Notes: generated by a model not told the origin, from the sequence alone. A stretch of 64,000 bases of DNA from Desulfuromonadales bacterium (GCA_024636295.1 JAGXHI010000049.1:2573-66572), one strand, 5' to 3'. Shown: positions 47,676-55,705, counted from the stretch's first letter. Program-made: numbers and translations.

Positions 47676-50192
47676 TCAATGGAATAGATGAGGCATCGCC
47701 AGCAGCCATAAGACCCGAAGGGCCAGCCCCGGAAGCATCAGCCAGATCATCCGGGTCGCGGACAGACGGAGCAGCCCGCCCAACAGGGGGGCAACCGGCA
47801 GCGGAAGCCAGGGCAGAGCCATTATCGCCGGCATCAGGAGGCCAACGGCCGTCGAGTTCACGGCCGGGGGCGCTTCCCCTTGGCCTTTGCGCAGCACAGG
47901 CAGGATATCCCCCAGCAGAAACCGACCCAGTGCAAAAGAGAGAATCCCCGCCTGGAACAGACTCAGGTAGCTGAAAACACCTCCCAGAAAAACCCCTTGG
48001 GCCGCGGCCTGCGCCGATACCAGAACCGGCTTGCTCAGGGGAAACCAGAAGCCCTGGAAAAGATGTCCGAGCAGCAGCAGAAACAGGGCCATTGGGCTGG
48101 CGCCCATGGGGCGGAAGTATTCGGTGAACATCTCCAGGTCGCCCGCCATCAGGTTGTTCAGAAGAAACATAAGGTGAAACTCGGCCGTATAGATGTAGGA
48201 GTTGATGGCCCAGAAATATTTATCCCCCAGATAGACCCCCAAACCCGCTGCGAAAAGAAGAGCCAGAAGAATCATGGATTTGAGCCGCAGGGATTTTCCA
48301 AGGCGGTACTGTCCGTGTGAACCTGCGCCTTCGTCCAATTCCTCCTCTCGGCTTGAAACCTGCCCTTCTTTCTCCCGGCGGGCCTGGTAGCGCCTGATGA
48401 GCAGGGGGAGAAGGGAAACCCCGATCACCAGCGCCAGCCCGACCAGGAATGTCGGTGAGATCCTTCCGCGGATTACGTCCAGCAGAGAGCTGGAAAAGGT
48501 GATGAAGGCGATGCAGCCCGGCAGCATGAAGAGGAAGGTCGCGAGTGCATAATGCGTGAATTTTATTCGGGTCAGTCCGAAGGCGTAATTGAGCAGGTTG
48601 AAAGGAAAAAGCGGGATCAGGCGCGTGAAGGCCACCATCTTCCAGCCGTGCTTCTCCACCTGCTCATCCAGGTGGCGCCAGCGGGGGCTTTTCAGTTTGT
48701 TCTCGATCCAGCCTCGTGCCAGGTAGCGGGAGACCAGAAAGGCGACACACGCCCCCAGGGTGGCCGAGATGATGGAGTAGACCACTCCCCAGAAGGGTCC
48801 GAAAAGAACGCCGGCGGCGATGGTCAGGGGCAGGCCGGGAAGAAAGAGCGCTGGCGCCACCGTGTAGATGGACATGTAAATGATCGGCGCCCAGACGCCA
48901 TACCCCTGGATGAGATCGCGCAGTCGCTCCTGCTCCAGGTATTCGGTCGCTCCGGAGGCCCGGACCGCGAGAATGAGAGCGATGATGAGCGCCAGGATCC
49001 CCAGTTTCTTCAGCAGCCCGGCCCTGGACTCTTCACCGGCGGTGAAGGTGCGCTCGCGGGTGGTCGCCGAGGGAAAGGTCTTGCGGAGGGTCTTCTTCAC
49101 CCTGAGGCGGTTGAGATAGGTAAAGGGGGCTTTGGCCACTTTCGCCTTGTCCACCATCGCGTCCTCCGGAGTCAGAACCAGGTCCAGGATGTGACTGGTT
49201 GGTCCATGGGCCCCGAGGAAGTGGGCGCAGCCCGTGCAATAGGTGACCGTCCGTTGACCTTCTGCCTCCTGCATCCGCTGCCGGGTCCAGCCTTTGGCCA
49301 GATCCGGTGAGACGCACCCCACCGCGCCGCCTTCGCCGCAGCAGAGGGTGGTCTTGCGGGAATGGGGAGGATCGACCGGGGTCAGACCTTTTCGGGACAG
49401 AAGGGAGCGCACCGAGTTCTGCACCGGTTCTGCAAAGCGCGCGACGCACGAATCGTGCACCGTCACCGTCCCGCCGACGGTGGGGGTCTTCGGAAGACCC
49501 TTTTCATCCAGCACTTCGTAGATCGTCCGGGTTTCCAGTTCCGGCGCATACTGACTGAAGACCTTGTAACAGTTGGGACAGGCGACGAGGACAGTCTTGA
49601 TACCGTTCGCGGCCAGATAATCCTTCATCTCACCGAACATCTCTTGAAAATACTGCTCCCGTCCCAAGTCGTGGGAAGGCTTGGTGCAGCAGTCAAGGAC
49701 GATTCCGATATTGGAGATGCTTCTCCGCAGGTGCGCGAAGGTTTTCAGCGTCTGTTCGGGCCGGGTTCCGGGCAACCCGCAGCCGGGGAAAAAGACGGTG
49801 TCGCACTCTTCAGGCAGAGCGTACCAGCTGTATCGCCGGGACGTCCCTCTTTTTTCGTAGGCGCGCACTCCGCTGTGTTCGGGATATTCCCCCTCCCCCC
49901 TCTCGAAGGTTTCCCGGCGCATCTCCAGAAACATCTGCATCGGATCGAGGTCCACCGGGCAGACCGCTGTGCAGAGGCCGCAGAGGCTGCATTCGAAGGG
50001 AAGCCCCAGCGAATGCTTGTCTCCGGGATCATACCCGTCGGCGATACTTTTCGGATCGCCGTTGTTTTTCAAAAACCGACATTCCGCCACGCAGCGTCCA
50101 CACTGGATGCACCGGCTGGAGTTGAGTTTCAGTTCCTCCCCTAAGGAGGTTCGCAGCGACTGGGAAGAGACGTTTCTTTGGAGTGCGGTCAT
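47676..50192 (-). CDS. fusion protein: HdrD/GlpC-like Fe-S + CCG-domain oxidoreductase fused to TVP38/TMEM64 (DedA-superfamily) membrane domains
   Basis: The N-terminus has CIQCGRCVAEC and CSLCGLCTAVCP 4Fe-4S motifs, then two Cys-rich CCG-type regions (FFPGCGLPG.., VHDSCVARF..CCGEGG). The middle carries a TVP38-type signature (FLPGLPLTIAAGVLFGPFWGVVYS...FTRLIPLFPFNLLNYAFGLT). The C-terminal roughly 230 aa is a further polytopic region. The ATG at 50192 is preferred; the ORF-track TTG at 50363 would overlap the MerB-like C-terminus. Confidence 0.75.
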   Translation of the reverse strand: MTALQRNVSSQSLRTSLGEELKLNSSRCIQCGRCVAECRFLKNNGDPKSIADGYDPGDKHSLGLPFECSLCGLCTAVCPVDLDPMQMFLEMRRETFERGEGEYPEHSGVRAYEKRGTSRRYSWYALPEECDTVFFPGCGLPGTRPEQTLKTFAHLRRSISNIGIVLDCCTKPSHDLGREQYFQEMFGEMKDYLAANGIKTVLVACPNCYKVFSQYAPELETRTIYEVLDEKGLPKTPTVGGTVTVHDSCVARFAEPVQNSVRSLLSRKGLTPVDPPHSRKTTLCCGEGGAVGCVSPDLAKGWTRQRMQEAEGQRTVTYCTGCAHFLGAHGPTSHILDLVLTPEDAMVDKAKVAKAPFTYLNRLRVKKTLRKTFPSATTRERTFTAGEESRAGLLKKLGILALIIALILAVRASGATEYLEQERLRDLIQGYGVWAPIIYMSIYTVAPALFLPGLPLTIAAGVLFGPFWGVVYSIISATLGACVAFLVSRYLARGWIENKLKSPRWRHLDEQVEKHGWKMVAFTRLIPLFPFNLLNYAFGLTRIKFTHYALATFLFMLPGCIAFITFSSSLLDVIRGRISPTFLVGLALVIGVSLLPLLIRRYQARREKEGQVSSREEELDEGAGSHGQYRLGKSLRLKSMILLALLFAAGLGVYLGDKYFWAINSYIYTAEFHLMFLLNNLMAGDLEMFTEYFRPMGASPMALFLLLLGHLFQGFWFPLSKPVLVSAQAAAQGVFLGGVFSYLSLFQAGILSFALGRFLLGDILPVLRKGQGEAPPAVNSTAVGLLMPAIMALPWLPLPVAPLLGGLLRLSATRMIWLMLPGLALRVLWLLAMPHLFH

Positions 50193-50221
50193 ATCTGTTC
50201 GATTGTCAGTCGTTTCGATGT

Positions 50222-50860
50222 TCAGGGGCTGAAAAGAATGCGGGCCGCCTCCAGAGCCTCCAGGGCGTCCAGACAGATGACATGCTCGTCCCCCAGGCTC
50301 ATTCGGGCCTGGTAATCTTTCAGGTGCTCCTTCGTACAGAAGAAGTTCATGACATTTCAGCAACTGCCCGACCAGTCGTCAGACTCGCGCAAATCGACAT
50401 GCAGAACGTGGGCTTCAGAGGGCTGCAGATCCTCGATCCCGCCGTCCCTGATCGCCACACGGACAGGCCCCTGACACTGGCTGCACCGAGAGGTGATATC
50501 TACATCCTGCCCGAAAGTAAAGGCAGCCCCCATGGCGTCGATGGAGCACATCGCGTGAAAGGAGCGCCCATCATGCAAGCTGACCCGATGGGGCGTGGGC
50601 AGAGCGGAGACCGGGTAAACAAACAGGACCATATCCTCATTTTTCACCACGACCCGTTTGCGGACCAGCCTTTGAAGAACCCCCTCGCGACAGGGTTCCT
50701 CAAAATCCGGAAGACAGCGGATATCCGCTTCGTCCAGTGGTTTTCCCAGAGTGATGATCCGGTTCATCAGGGCTTGCCGCAAACGTTTTTCCTGCGGGTC
50801 CAGGCCTGAAAAAATATTGAGGAATCGTCCCCGCCCTGACGCTTTGCATTGGGATGACAT
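50222..50860 (-). CDS. alkylmercury-lyase (MerB) family protein, candidate selenoprotein (in-frame UGA at 50357-50359)
   Basis: The 167-aa ORF (..HAMCSIDAMG..SGSC) stops at a TGA. The same frame continues NVMNFFCTKEHLKDYQ...ILFSP to a TGA at 50222-50224. The combined length is 212 codons, the size of canonical MerB. The UGA aligns with the second Cys of the MerB SFCCHVHFF motif. Confidence 0.6.
50327..50345 (-). other. SECIS-like hairpin 11 nt downstream of the in-frame UGA
   Basis: The minus-strand RNA reads UGA-AAUGUCAUGAA-CUUCUUC-UGUAC-GAAGGAG. This is a 7-bp stem (one G-U pair) with a 5-nt loop carrying G at position 2. The stem starts 11 nt after the UGA and the loop 18 nt after it, which is within the geometry described for bacterial SECIS elements. 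Confidence 0.45.
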
Positions 50861-51017
50861 GTTATTTCCATATTTTGAGAAGAGAAAGAAATCGGGATAA
50901 GATAGATTTTAGCTGATTTTTTTTCAAATAGAAAATATCGATAGTTCAGATAAGAAGCATCAGGTTGGTTGATGCAGTAAGTTGCATGCGACCAAAAGAC
51001 GGATCGGCGCTGAAAGT

Positions 51018-51055
51018 GGAAAACCCCACTTCCAGGTCAGGGAGCGGGGTTTTCC
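51018..51055 (-). terminator. hairpin downstream of the glycyl-radical enzyme gene
   Basis: A perfect 10-bp inverted repeat GGAAAACCCC-N18-GGGGTTTTCC lies 93 nt after the GRE stop, in an AT-rich intergenic region. There is no clean U tract. Confidence 0.4.
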
Positions 51056-51147
51056 AGGTTAAAGACATTTTCCAGGATCAACAGCACCTCATCACTGATC
51101 CCCATCCGGAAACTCCAGGATATTACTGGCGGGTTTCCGGAGAAAAA

Positions 51148-53559
51148 CTAGCAGCGGCAGTGTTCCGTGCGGTCGATGACATCTTCCTGCAATGGCCTGC
51201 TCAGCCCGGTGAAGAAGGCGCTGTATCCCGCCACCCGCACTAACAGGTCCGAGTATTTTTCCGCGTGAGCCTGGGCTTCACGCAGGACTTCTGAGTCAAC
51301 GACATTGAATTGAACATGCCAGACCCCTGCTTCCAGAGCGCCTTTGACATAAGAGACGAAGTTTTTCAGCCCGGTTTCCCCTGCCACTGCGGCAGGCATC
51401 AGTTTTATGTTTAAGATGGATCCTCCCGTCATTCCTTCGTGATCCAGCTTCCCCACCGACAGTGCAGCCGCCGTCGGTCCCTCTTTCCCCACATAATGGC
51501 AGGGAGAGCACCCGTCAGCCAGGGACTGCCAGGCTTGTCTGCCGTTTGGCAGAGCGCTGATTACCGTGCCGTAGGGAATGTTGGCTGAAACCGAGCTGAA
51601 GCCCGGATGGAAGCGCTCTCCGAACAGGCTTCTGTGCCTGTTCGTTTCCGCGACGTAAATGTCCACCACTTTTTGCGCGATGTCATCCGCGCGCGGGTCG
51701 TCATTGCCGTAGTGCGGCGCTTTTGCCTTCAGCATCTGCCGGACATGCTCATTCCCCTTGAAATCGGCATCCAGTGCGTCCATGAGTCCGTTCATGGTGA
51801 GAATGCCATCTTCAAAGACCAGTTTCCTGATGGCGGTCAGGGAGTCCACCACGTCGGCCAGGCCGACCGCCCGGGGAGAGAAGCCGAAATTATAGACGGC
51901 GCCGCCGGCGCTCCGGTCCAATCCCCTGTCGATGCAGTCCTGGACGAAGCAGGAGACGAACGGGGTCGGAACCCTATCCCGGTGGATTTTCTCCAGCTTG
52001 ACGCTCGCCCGGCTGTAAACGCCGATAAGGTAGCCGAGTTGCCTTCCGAAGGCTTCCACCACTTCCTCAAAGGATGTGAACTCGCGGGGATTGCCGGTTT
52101 TTATCCCCATCTGCCGGTTGCCCAGCGGCCACCAGCCATCGTGAAGGGCAAAGTCCAGGGCGGCCGCGAAATTGATGTAGCCGCCGTTCTGCGATCCCTT
52201 GTCTTTTCTGGTGGGCTGCACGCTGGCGCAACCCACGCTGGAGTAATCGCGTGCATCCTCCAGGGCAATCCCTTTGCCGACGAGTCCCGGCACAACCCGG
52301 CGGTCGTTGAAAAAAGAGGGATGGCCCGTGCCGAGGCGGGCCAGTTCACAGGTCTTTTCCACCAGGGCGTCGGGCGAGCCCTCCCAGAAGCGCACCGACA
52401 GACTCGGCTGATGGAGCCGGGTGTTTATTGAAGACTGAATGCACATGTAGGTCAGGTCGTTGGTGGCATCCTTGCCGTCAGGCGTCTGCCCCCCCACGCA
52501 GATCTGCTGCTGGGACGGAAATCCCGAAGCGATATGGGAGTAATATTCCGAATTGATGTAATTCGTCTCCGGAAATTTCAGGAAAAAACAGTCCAGCAAC
52601 TCCTGGGCCCGTTCTTCGGAGATACGCCCCCCCTGCAGGTCGGCCTGAAGATAGGGATAGGCATATTGATCAAGACGGCCTACGGAGTAACAGCGCTGGA
52701 ACGCCTCCTGCTGAATGCCCACGAAAAGGAACCAGGTCGCCTGAATCGCTTCCTGAAAGGTCCTCGGCGGCAAACCCGGCACCTGGTCACAGGCCGCCGC
52801 AATCGTCAGGAGCTCTGCCCGGCGATCCGCATCGGTTTCCTCTTTGGCCATCTGCCGCGCCAGCTCCGCATATCGCTTTCCGAAATCGGTGATCGCATCG
52901 CAGCTGATGATGGCCGCCCGCAGAAAATCGATCGCATTTTTGTCGTTATCCTGCCGGGCGCGCCCCAGCCTTTTCTCGGCCCGGGCTTTTATCCCCTGGA
53001 AGCCGATTTCGAGAACCGTCTGATAGTCGGGAGTGATGTGCCCGGCCGGTCCATAGAGCGGCACATCCAGGCTGAAGATATTGGTGCCCTTGACGATGTT
53101 GTTTTCCGGATCCATCAGGAAGAGTTTCTTTTCTTCGGCATCCATATCTGGAAACAGGATCTGGCGAAGCGAGCTGTCGTGCCAGTGGGGCAGGATTTCT
53201 TCAAGTTCCATAAGGTCCGCGTCGCTGAATTCGAACCGGTCGAAGGCCCGGGTGGTCAGCTTGCGATATTCGTCCAGCAGGTCGTCCCCCACGCTTTCGG
53301 GGTAAATCGGAAAGGCGCGCGGCCGGCTGCCCATGGACCCCGCGATGAGCTGACCATCTTCGATGTAGATGGTGCGTTCCCGCAGAAGCTTTGCAAAGGC
53401 CAGAGCACGCCCCACGATCAGCGGCTCGTCCCGCACCTCTTCGGATTGGAAGTAAAGGTGGTGATAGATCCGGGCTCTTTCGATGCAGACATTGGGTTTG
53501 TACGTCAGAAAACGCGTCTTCAACTCCTCGACCCTCGCGGTCGGACCGAATCCCGGCAT
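51148..53559 (-). CDS. glycyl radical enzyme (PFL2 / glycerol-dehydratase-like family), substrate unknown
   Basis: 803 aa with the C-terminal glycyl radical motif LLVRVAGYSAFF (Gly778) and a Cys loop SSVGCASVQP (Cys444). The N-terminus ARVEELKTRFLTYKPNVCIERARIY is typical of the PFL2 class. The RBS is AGGAG. Confidence 0.9.
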   Translation of the reverse strand: MPGFGPTARVEELKTRFLTYKPNVCIERARIYHHLYFQSEEVRDEPLIVGRALAFAKLLRERTIYIEDGQLIAGSMGSRPRAFPIYPESVGDDLLDEYRKLTTRAFDRFEFSDADLMELEEILPHWHDSSLRQILFPDMDAEEKKLFLMDPENNIVKGTNIFSLDVPLYGPAGHITPDYQTVLEIGFQGIKARAEKRLGRARQDNDKNAIDFLRAAIISCDAITDFGKRYAELARQMAKEETDADRRAELLTIAAACDQVPGLPPRTFQEAIQATWFLFVGIQQEAFQRCYSVGRLDQYAYPYLQADLQGGRISEERAQELLDCFFLKFPETNYINSEYYSHIASGFPSQQQICVGGQTPDGKDATNDLTYMCIQSSINTRLHQPSLSVRFWEGSPDALVEKTCELARLGTGHPSFFNDRRVVPGLVGKGIALEDARDYSSVGCASVQPTRKDKGSQNGGYINFAAALDFALHDGWWPLGNRQMGIKTGNPREFTSFEEVVEAFGRQLGYLIGVYSRASVKLEKIHRDRVPTPFVSCFVQDCIDRGLDRSAGGAVYNFGFSPRAVGLADVVDSLTAIRKLVFEDGILTMNGLMDALDADFKGNEHVRQMLKAKAPHYGNDDPRADDIAQKVVDIYVAETNRHRSLFGERFHPGFSSVSANIPYGTVISALPNGRQAWQSLADGCSPCHYVGKEGPTAAALSVGKLDHEGMTGGSILNIKLMPAAVAGETGLKNFVSYVKGALEAGVWHVQFNVVDSEVLREAQAHAEKYSDLLVRVAGYSAFFTGLSRPLQEDVIDRTEHCRC

Positions 53560-53617
53560 TATCTTTCTCCTATTCAGATGATTTCGTTGCAGGACGGGAG
53601 CATGATCGCCCCCTCTT

Positions 53618-54685
53618 CTACCAGGACATTATCGTGCAGTTCAACCCCATGTCCGTCAGGGTCTTTTTCAGGGGCTCCACCTTCTCGGGCATCAAACCTG
53701 CCCTCCCTTTGAGCAGATAGGGTCTGCCCAGTTGCTCATATTTTTGCTCGCACAGATTATGAAAGGGCATCAGCTCCACTGTGGAGGTGTTGTGCAATTC
53801 TGAACGGATGAATGTTCCGATCGCCGCCATGTTTTCCGTATCGGCATTCACCTCCGGTATGACCGGCACCCGGACGATCAGATGAAGAGGACGATCGGTC
53901 CCTCTCGAGACAAGCATCTCGTCAAGAGCCCTCAGGTTGTCCAGGATTGTTTCATTGTCAACGCCGGTGATCCGACGATGTTCGTGCCTGTCCACGATCT
54001 TTAAATCGTAAAATATCGTGTCGCAATATTCTGCTATCCTCTCCAGCCAGGGCCAATCGCCGTATCCCGAAGTTTCAATGGCCGTGTTCAGACCAAGTTC
54101 CCTGCACTTGCGGAGCACTTCGCAGGCAAAAGCCGGCTGAAAAAGAACTTCGCCGCCGCCGATGGTCACTCCGCCTCCGGAATGTCGATAAAAAAGAGAG
54201 TCGCGTTTGACGATGTCGACGATTTCATCTGCGTCCCGGGTTTCGCCCCATTCCGACTTTGCACCGCTGGGACAGGCTCTCACGCACGCTCCGCACGCAC
54301 GGCAGGAGGCCTTCGAAATCGTGAAACCGGTTGCGGGCTCTTGGGAGACGGCGCCCTCGGGACAGCTGTCGATGCAGGCGCCGCAGCCGATGCATCCGTT
54401 CTTGTCGTAACGTATCTCTGTGGCGCCGCTTTGTCCTTCCGGGTTCGCACACCACAGGCAGCGCAACGGACACCCCTTCAGAAAGACAAGGGTTCTGATT
54501 CCCGCGCCGTCGTGAAGAGAAAACCTCTGAATATTGAAGACGACCCCTTCGGCGCCGGGCGCCATGGCTCGCCTGCTCCCGCTGAAAAGAGGTTTCTCCC
54601 TTGCCGTCAACCCGCTGCAGTCTTCAATTTGAACGTCGGACTTGCCCATGATTGCGCTTCTTTTCTGGTGATTGACTCTGGGCAT
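53618..54685 (-). CDS. glycyl-radical enzyme activating enzyme (radical SAM, with two auxiliary ferredoxin-like clusters)
   Basis: It has the CPLRCLWCANP radical-SAM CX3CX2C motif after GIRTLVFLKG, plus CIGCGACIDSCP and CRACGACVRACP. The ATG at 54685 follows a GAGGG RBS. The ORF-track start 54787 would abut the lysR gene. Confidence 0.9.
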   Translation of the reverse strand: MPRVNHQKRSAIMGKSDVQIEDCSGLTAREKPLFSGSRRAMAPGAEGVVFNIQRFSLHDGAGIRTLVFLKGCPLRCLWCANPEGQSGATEIRYDKNGCIGCGACIDSCPEGAVSQEPATGFTISKASCRACGACVRACPSGAKSEWGETRDADEIVDIVKRDSLFYRHSGGGVTIGGGEVLFQPAFACEVLRKCRELGLNTAIETSGYGDWPWLERIAEYCDTIFYDLKIVDRHEHRRITGVDNETILDNLRALDEMLVSRGTDRPLHLIVRVPVIPEVNADTENMAAIGTFIRSELHNTSTVELMPFHNLCEQKYEQLGRPYLLKGRAGLMPEKVEPLKKTLTDMGLNCTIMSW

Positions 54686-54704
54686 GTTGCCCTCGCATTT
54701 TTCC

Positions 54705-54732
54705 AGTATAGAGGCGCTACGATACATGTAAA
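54705..54732 (-). promoter_or_regulatory. candidate sigma-70 promoter of the activase-GRE operon
   Basis: The minus strand reads TTTACA-N16-TATACT, ending about 20 nt upstream of the activase ATG at 54685. Confidence 0.45.
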
Positions 54733-54752
54733 ATACATTGTTTGACTTGATC

Positions 54753-54769
54753 GATACAAAATTTGTATC
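54753..54769. promoter_or_regulatory. LysR-type regulator binding site (ATAC-N7-GTAT, T-N11-A)
   Basis: GATACAAA-A-TTTGTATC is a perfect 8+8 dyad in the lysR/activase divergent intergenic region. It is centred about 63 nt upstream of the predicted TSS. A second, weaker dyad ATGTA-AAA-TACAT (54726-54738) overlaps the -35. Confidence 0.55.
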
Positions 54770-54802
54770 ATAAAAGGCAGGCAACAAGCATGGGAGCGGT
54801 AA

Positions 54803-55705
54803 ATGGACTTACGACAATTGCGCTACTTCGTTGCGGTCGCCGAGGAACTGCATTTCGGCCGCGCCGCCAGGCGGCTGGCCATCTCCCAGCCGCCGCTCAG
54901 CTACAACATCCAGCAGCTGGAGAATTCCCTCGGCGCCAGGCTGCTGGAGAGAAGCAACAAGGCGGTCTCCCTCACTGCGGCGGGGGAAACCCTGTATGGA
55001 GAGGCGAAGAAGATCCTGAGCCAGGTGCGGGACGCGGAATACCTGACCACGCAGGCAGCCAGGGGGATGATCGGGCGTTTGCGCATCGGCTTCTCCGCCT
55101 CCAGCCTGTTCCGCGGCCTGCCTGAAGCGATCGAAAAATTTCAGGAACGGGCCCCCGAGGCGGACATCGTTCTGCACGAATTGAATTCGGCCGAACAGCT
55201 CGAGGCCCTGCAAAGAAGAGATATCGATCTGGGACTGGTCCATGGGGAGCATGTCCCCAGAGGGTTGAAAGCCGCAACCCTGATGAAGGAGCCTTTTCTG
55301 TGCTGCCTCCCCTCTTCTCACCGACTGACCGGAAAGCGATCCATCCGGCTCAAAGATCTGATCGGTGAGAGCATCGTTCTTTTTTCCCGCCCCTCCTCGC
55401 CCCATTACTACGATAAAATCATTGCCATGTTCGTGAACGCGGGATTCAGTCCCCGGATCCGGCACGAAGTGCGTCATTTCCTCACCATGGTCAGCCTGGC
55501 GGAGAAAAAAATGAGTATTGCCATCGTGCCACGTTCAATGGCTCACGTCACGTTGAAGCACGTCACATTCCGTGCCATTGCGGATGCCGAAGAAACCACC
55601 GAAACCCGGTGCATCTGGCGGGAGGACGACAATTCCATGCTTCTGGGGGAGTTTGTCTCTTCCGTCCAGGAGTTCGCCCGCCGCATCGAAAGCGGGGCCG
55701 ATTAG
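54803..55705 (+). CDS. LysR-family transcriptional regulator
   Basis: 300 aa. MDLRQLRYFVAVAEELHFGRAARRLAISQPPLSYNIQQLE is the canonical LTTR HTH. It is divergent from the GRE activase. Confidence 0.9.
   Translation: MDLRQLRYFVAVAEELHFGRAARRLAISQPPLSYNIQQLENSLGARLLERSNKAVSLTAAGETLYGEAKKILSQVRDAEYLTTQAARGMIGRLRIGFSASSLFRGLPEAIEKFQERAPEADIVLHELNSAEQLEALQRRDIDLGLVHGEHVPRGLKAATLMKEPFLCCLPSSHRLTGKRSIRLKDLIGESIVLFSRPSSPHYYDKIIAMFVNAGFSPRIRHEVRHFLTMVSLAEKKMSIAIVPRSMAHVTLKHVTFRAIADAEETTETRCIWREDDNSMLLGEFVSSVQEFARRIESGAD

Noticed and set aside
50293-50312. A second hairpin CCAGGC-N8-GCCUGG downstream of the in-frame UGA, considered as an alternative SECIS.
   Set aside because: It begins about 44 nt after the UGA. 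That is farther than the usual bacterial SECIS geometry, and the nearer 7-bp hairpin at 50327-50345 fits better.
50193-50363. The ORF-track start (TTG at 50363) of the 895-aa Fe-S/TVP38 protein, which adds 57 N-terminal residues (MLKCHELLLYEGAPERLPGPNEPGGRACHLSGRPGGSGGG...).
   Set aside because: The extension is low-complexity and uses a TTG start. It lies out of frame over the segment that, in the MerB frame, encodes a conserved MerB-like C-terminus (NFFCTKEH...). The ATG at 50192 is the more plausible start.
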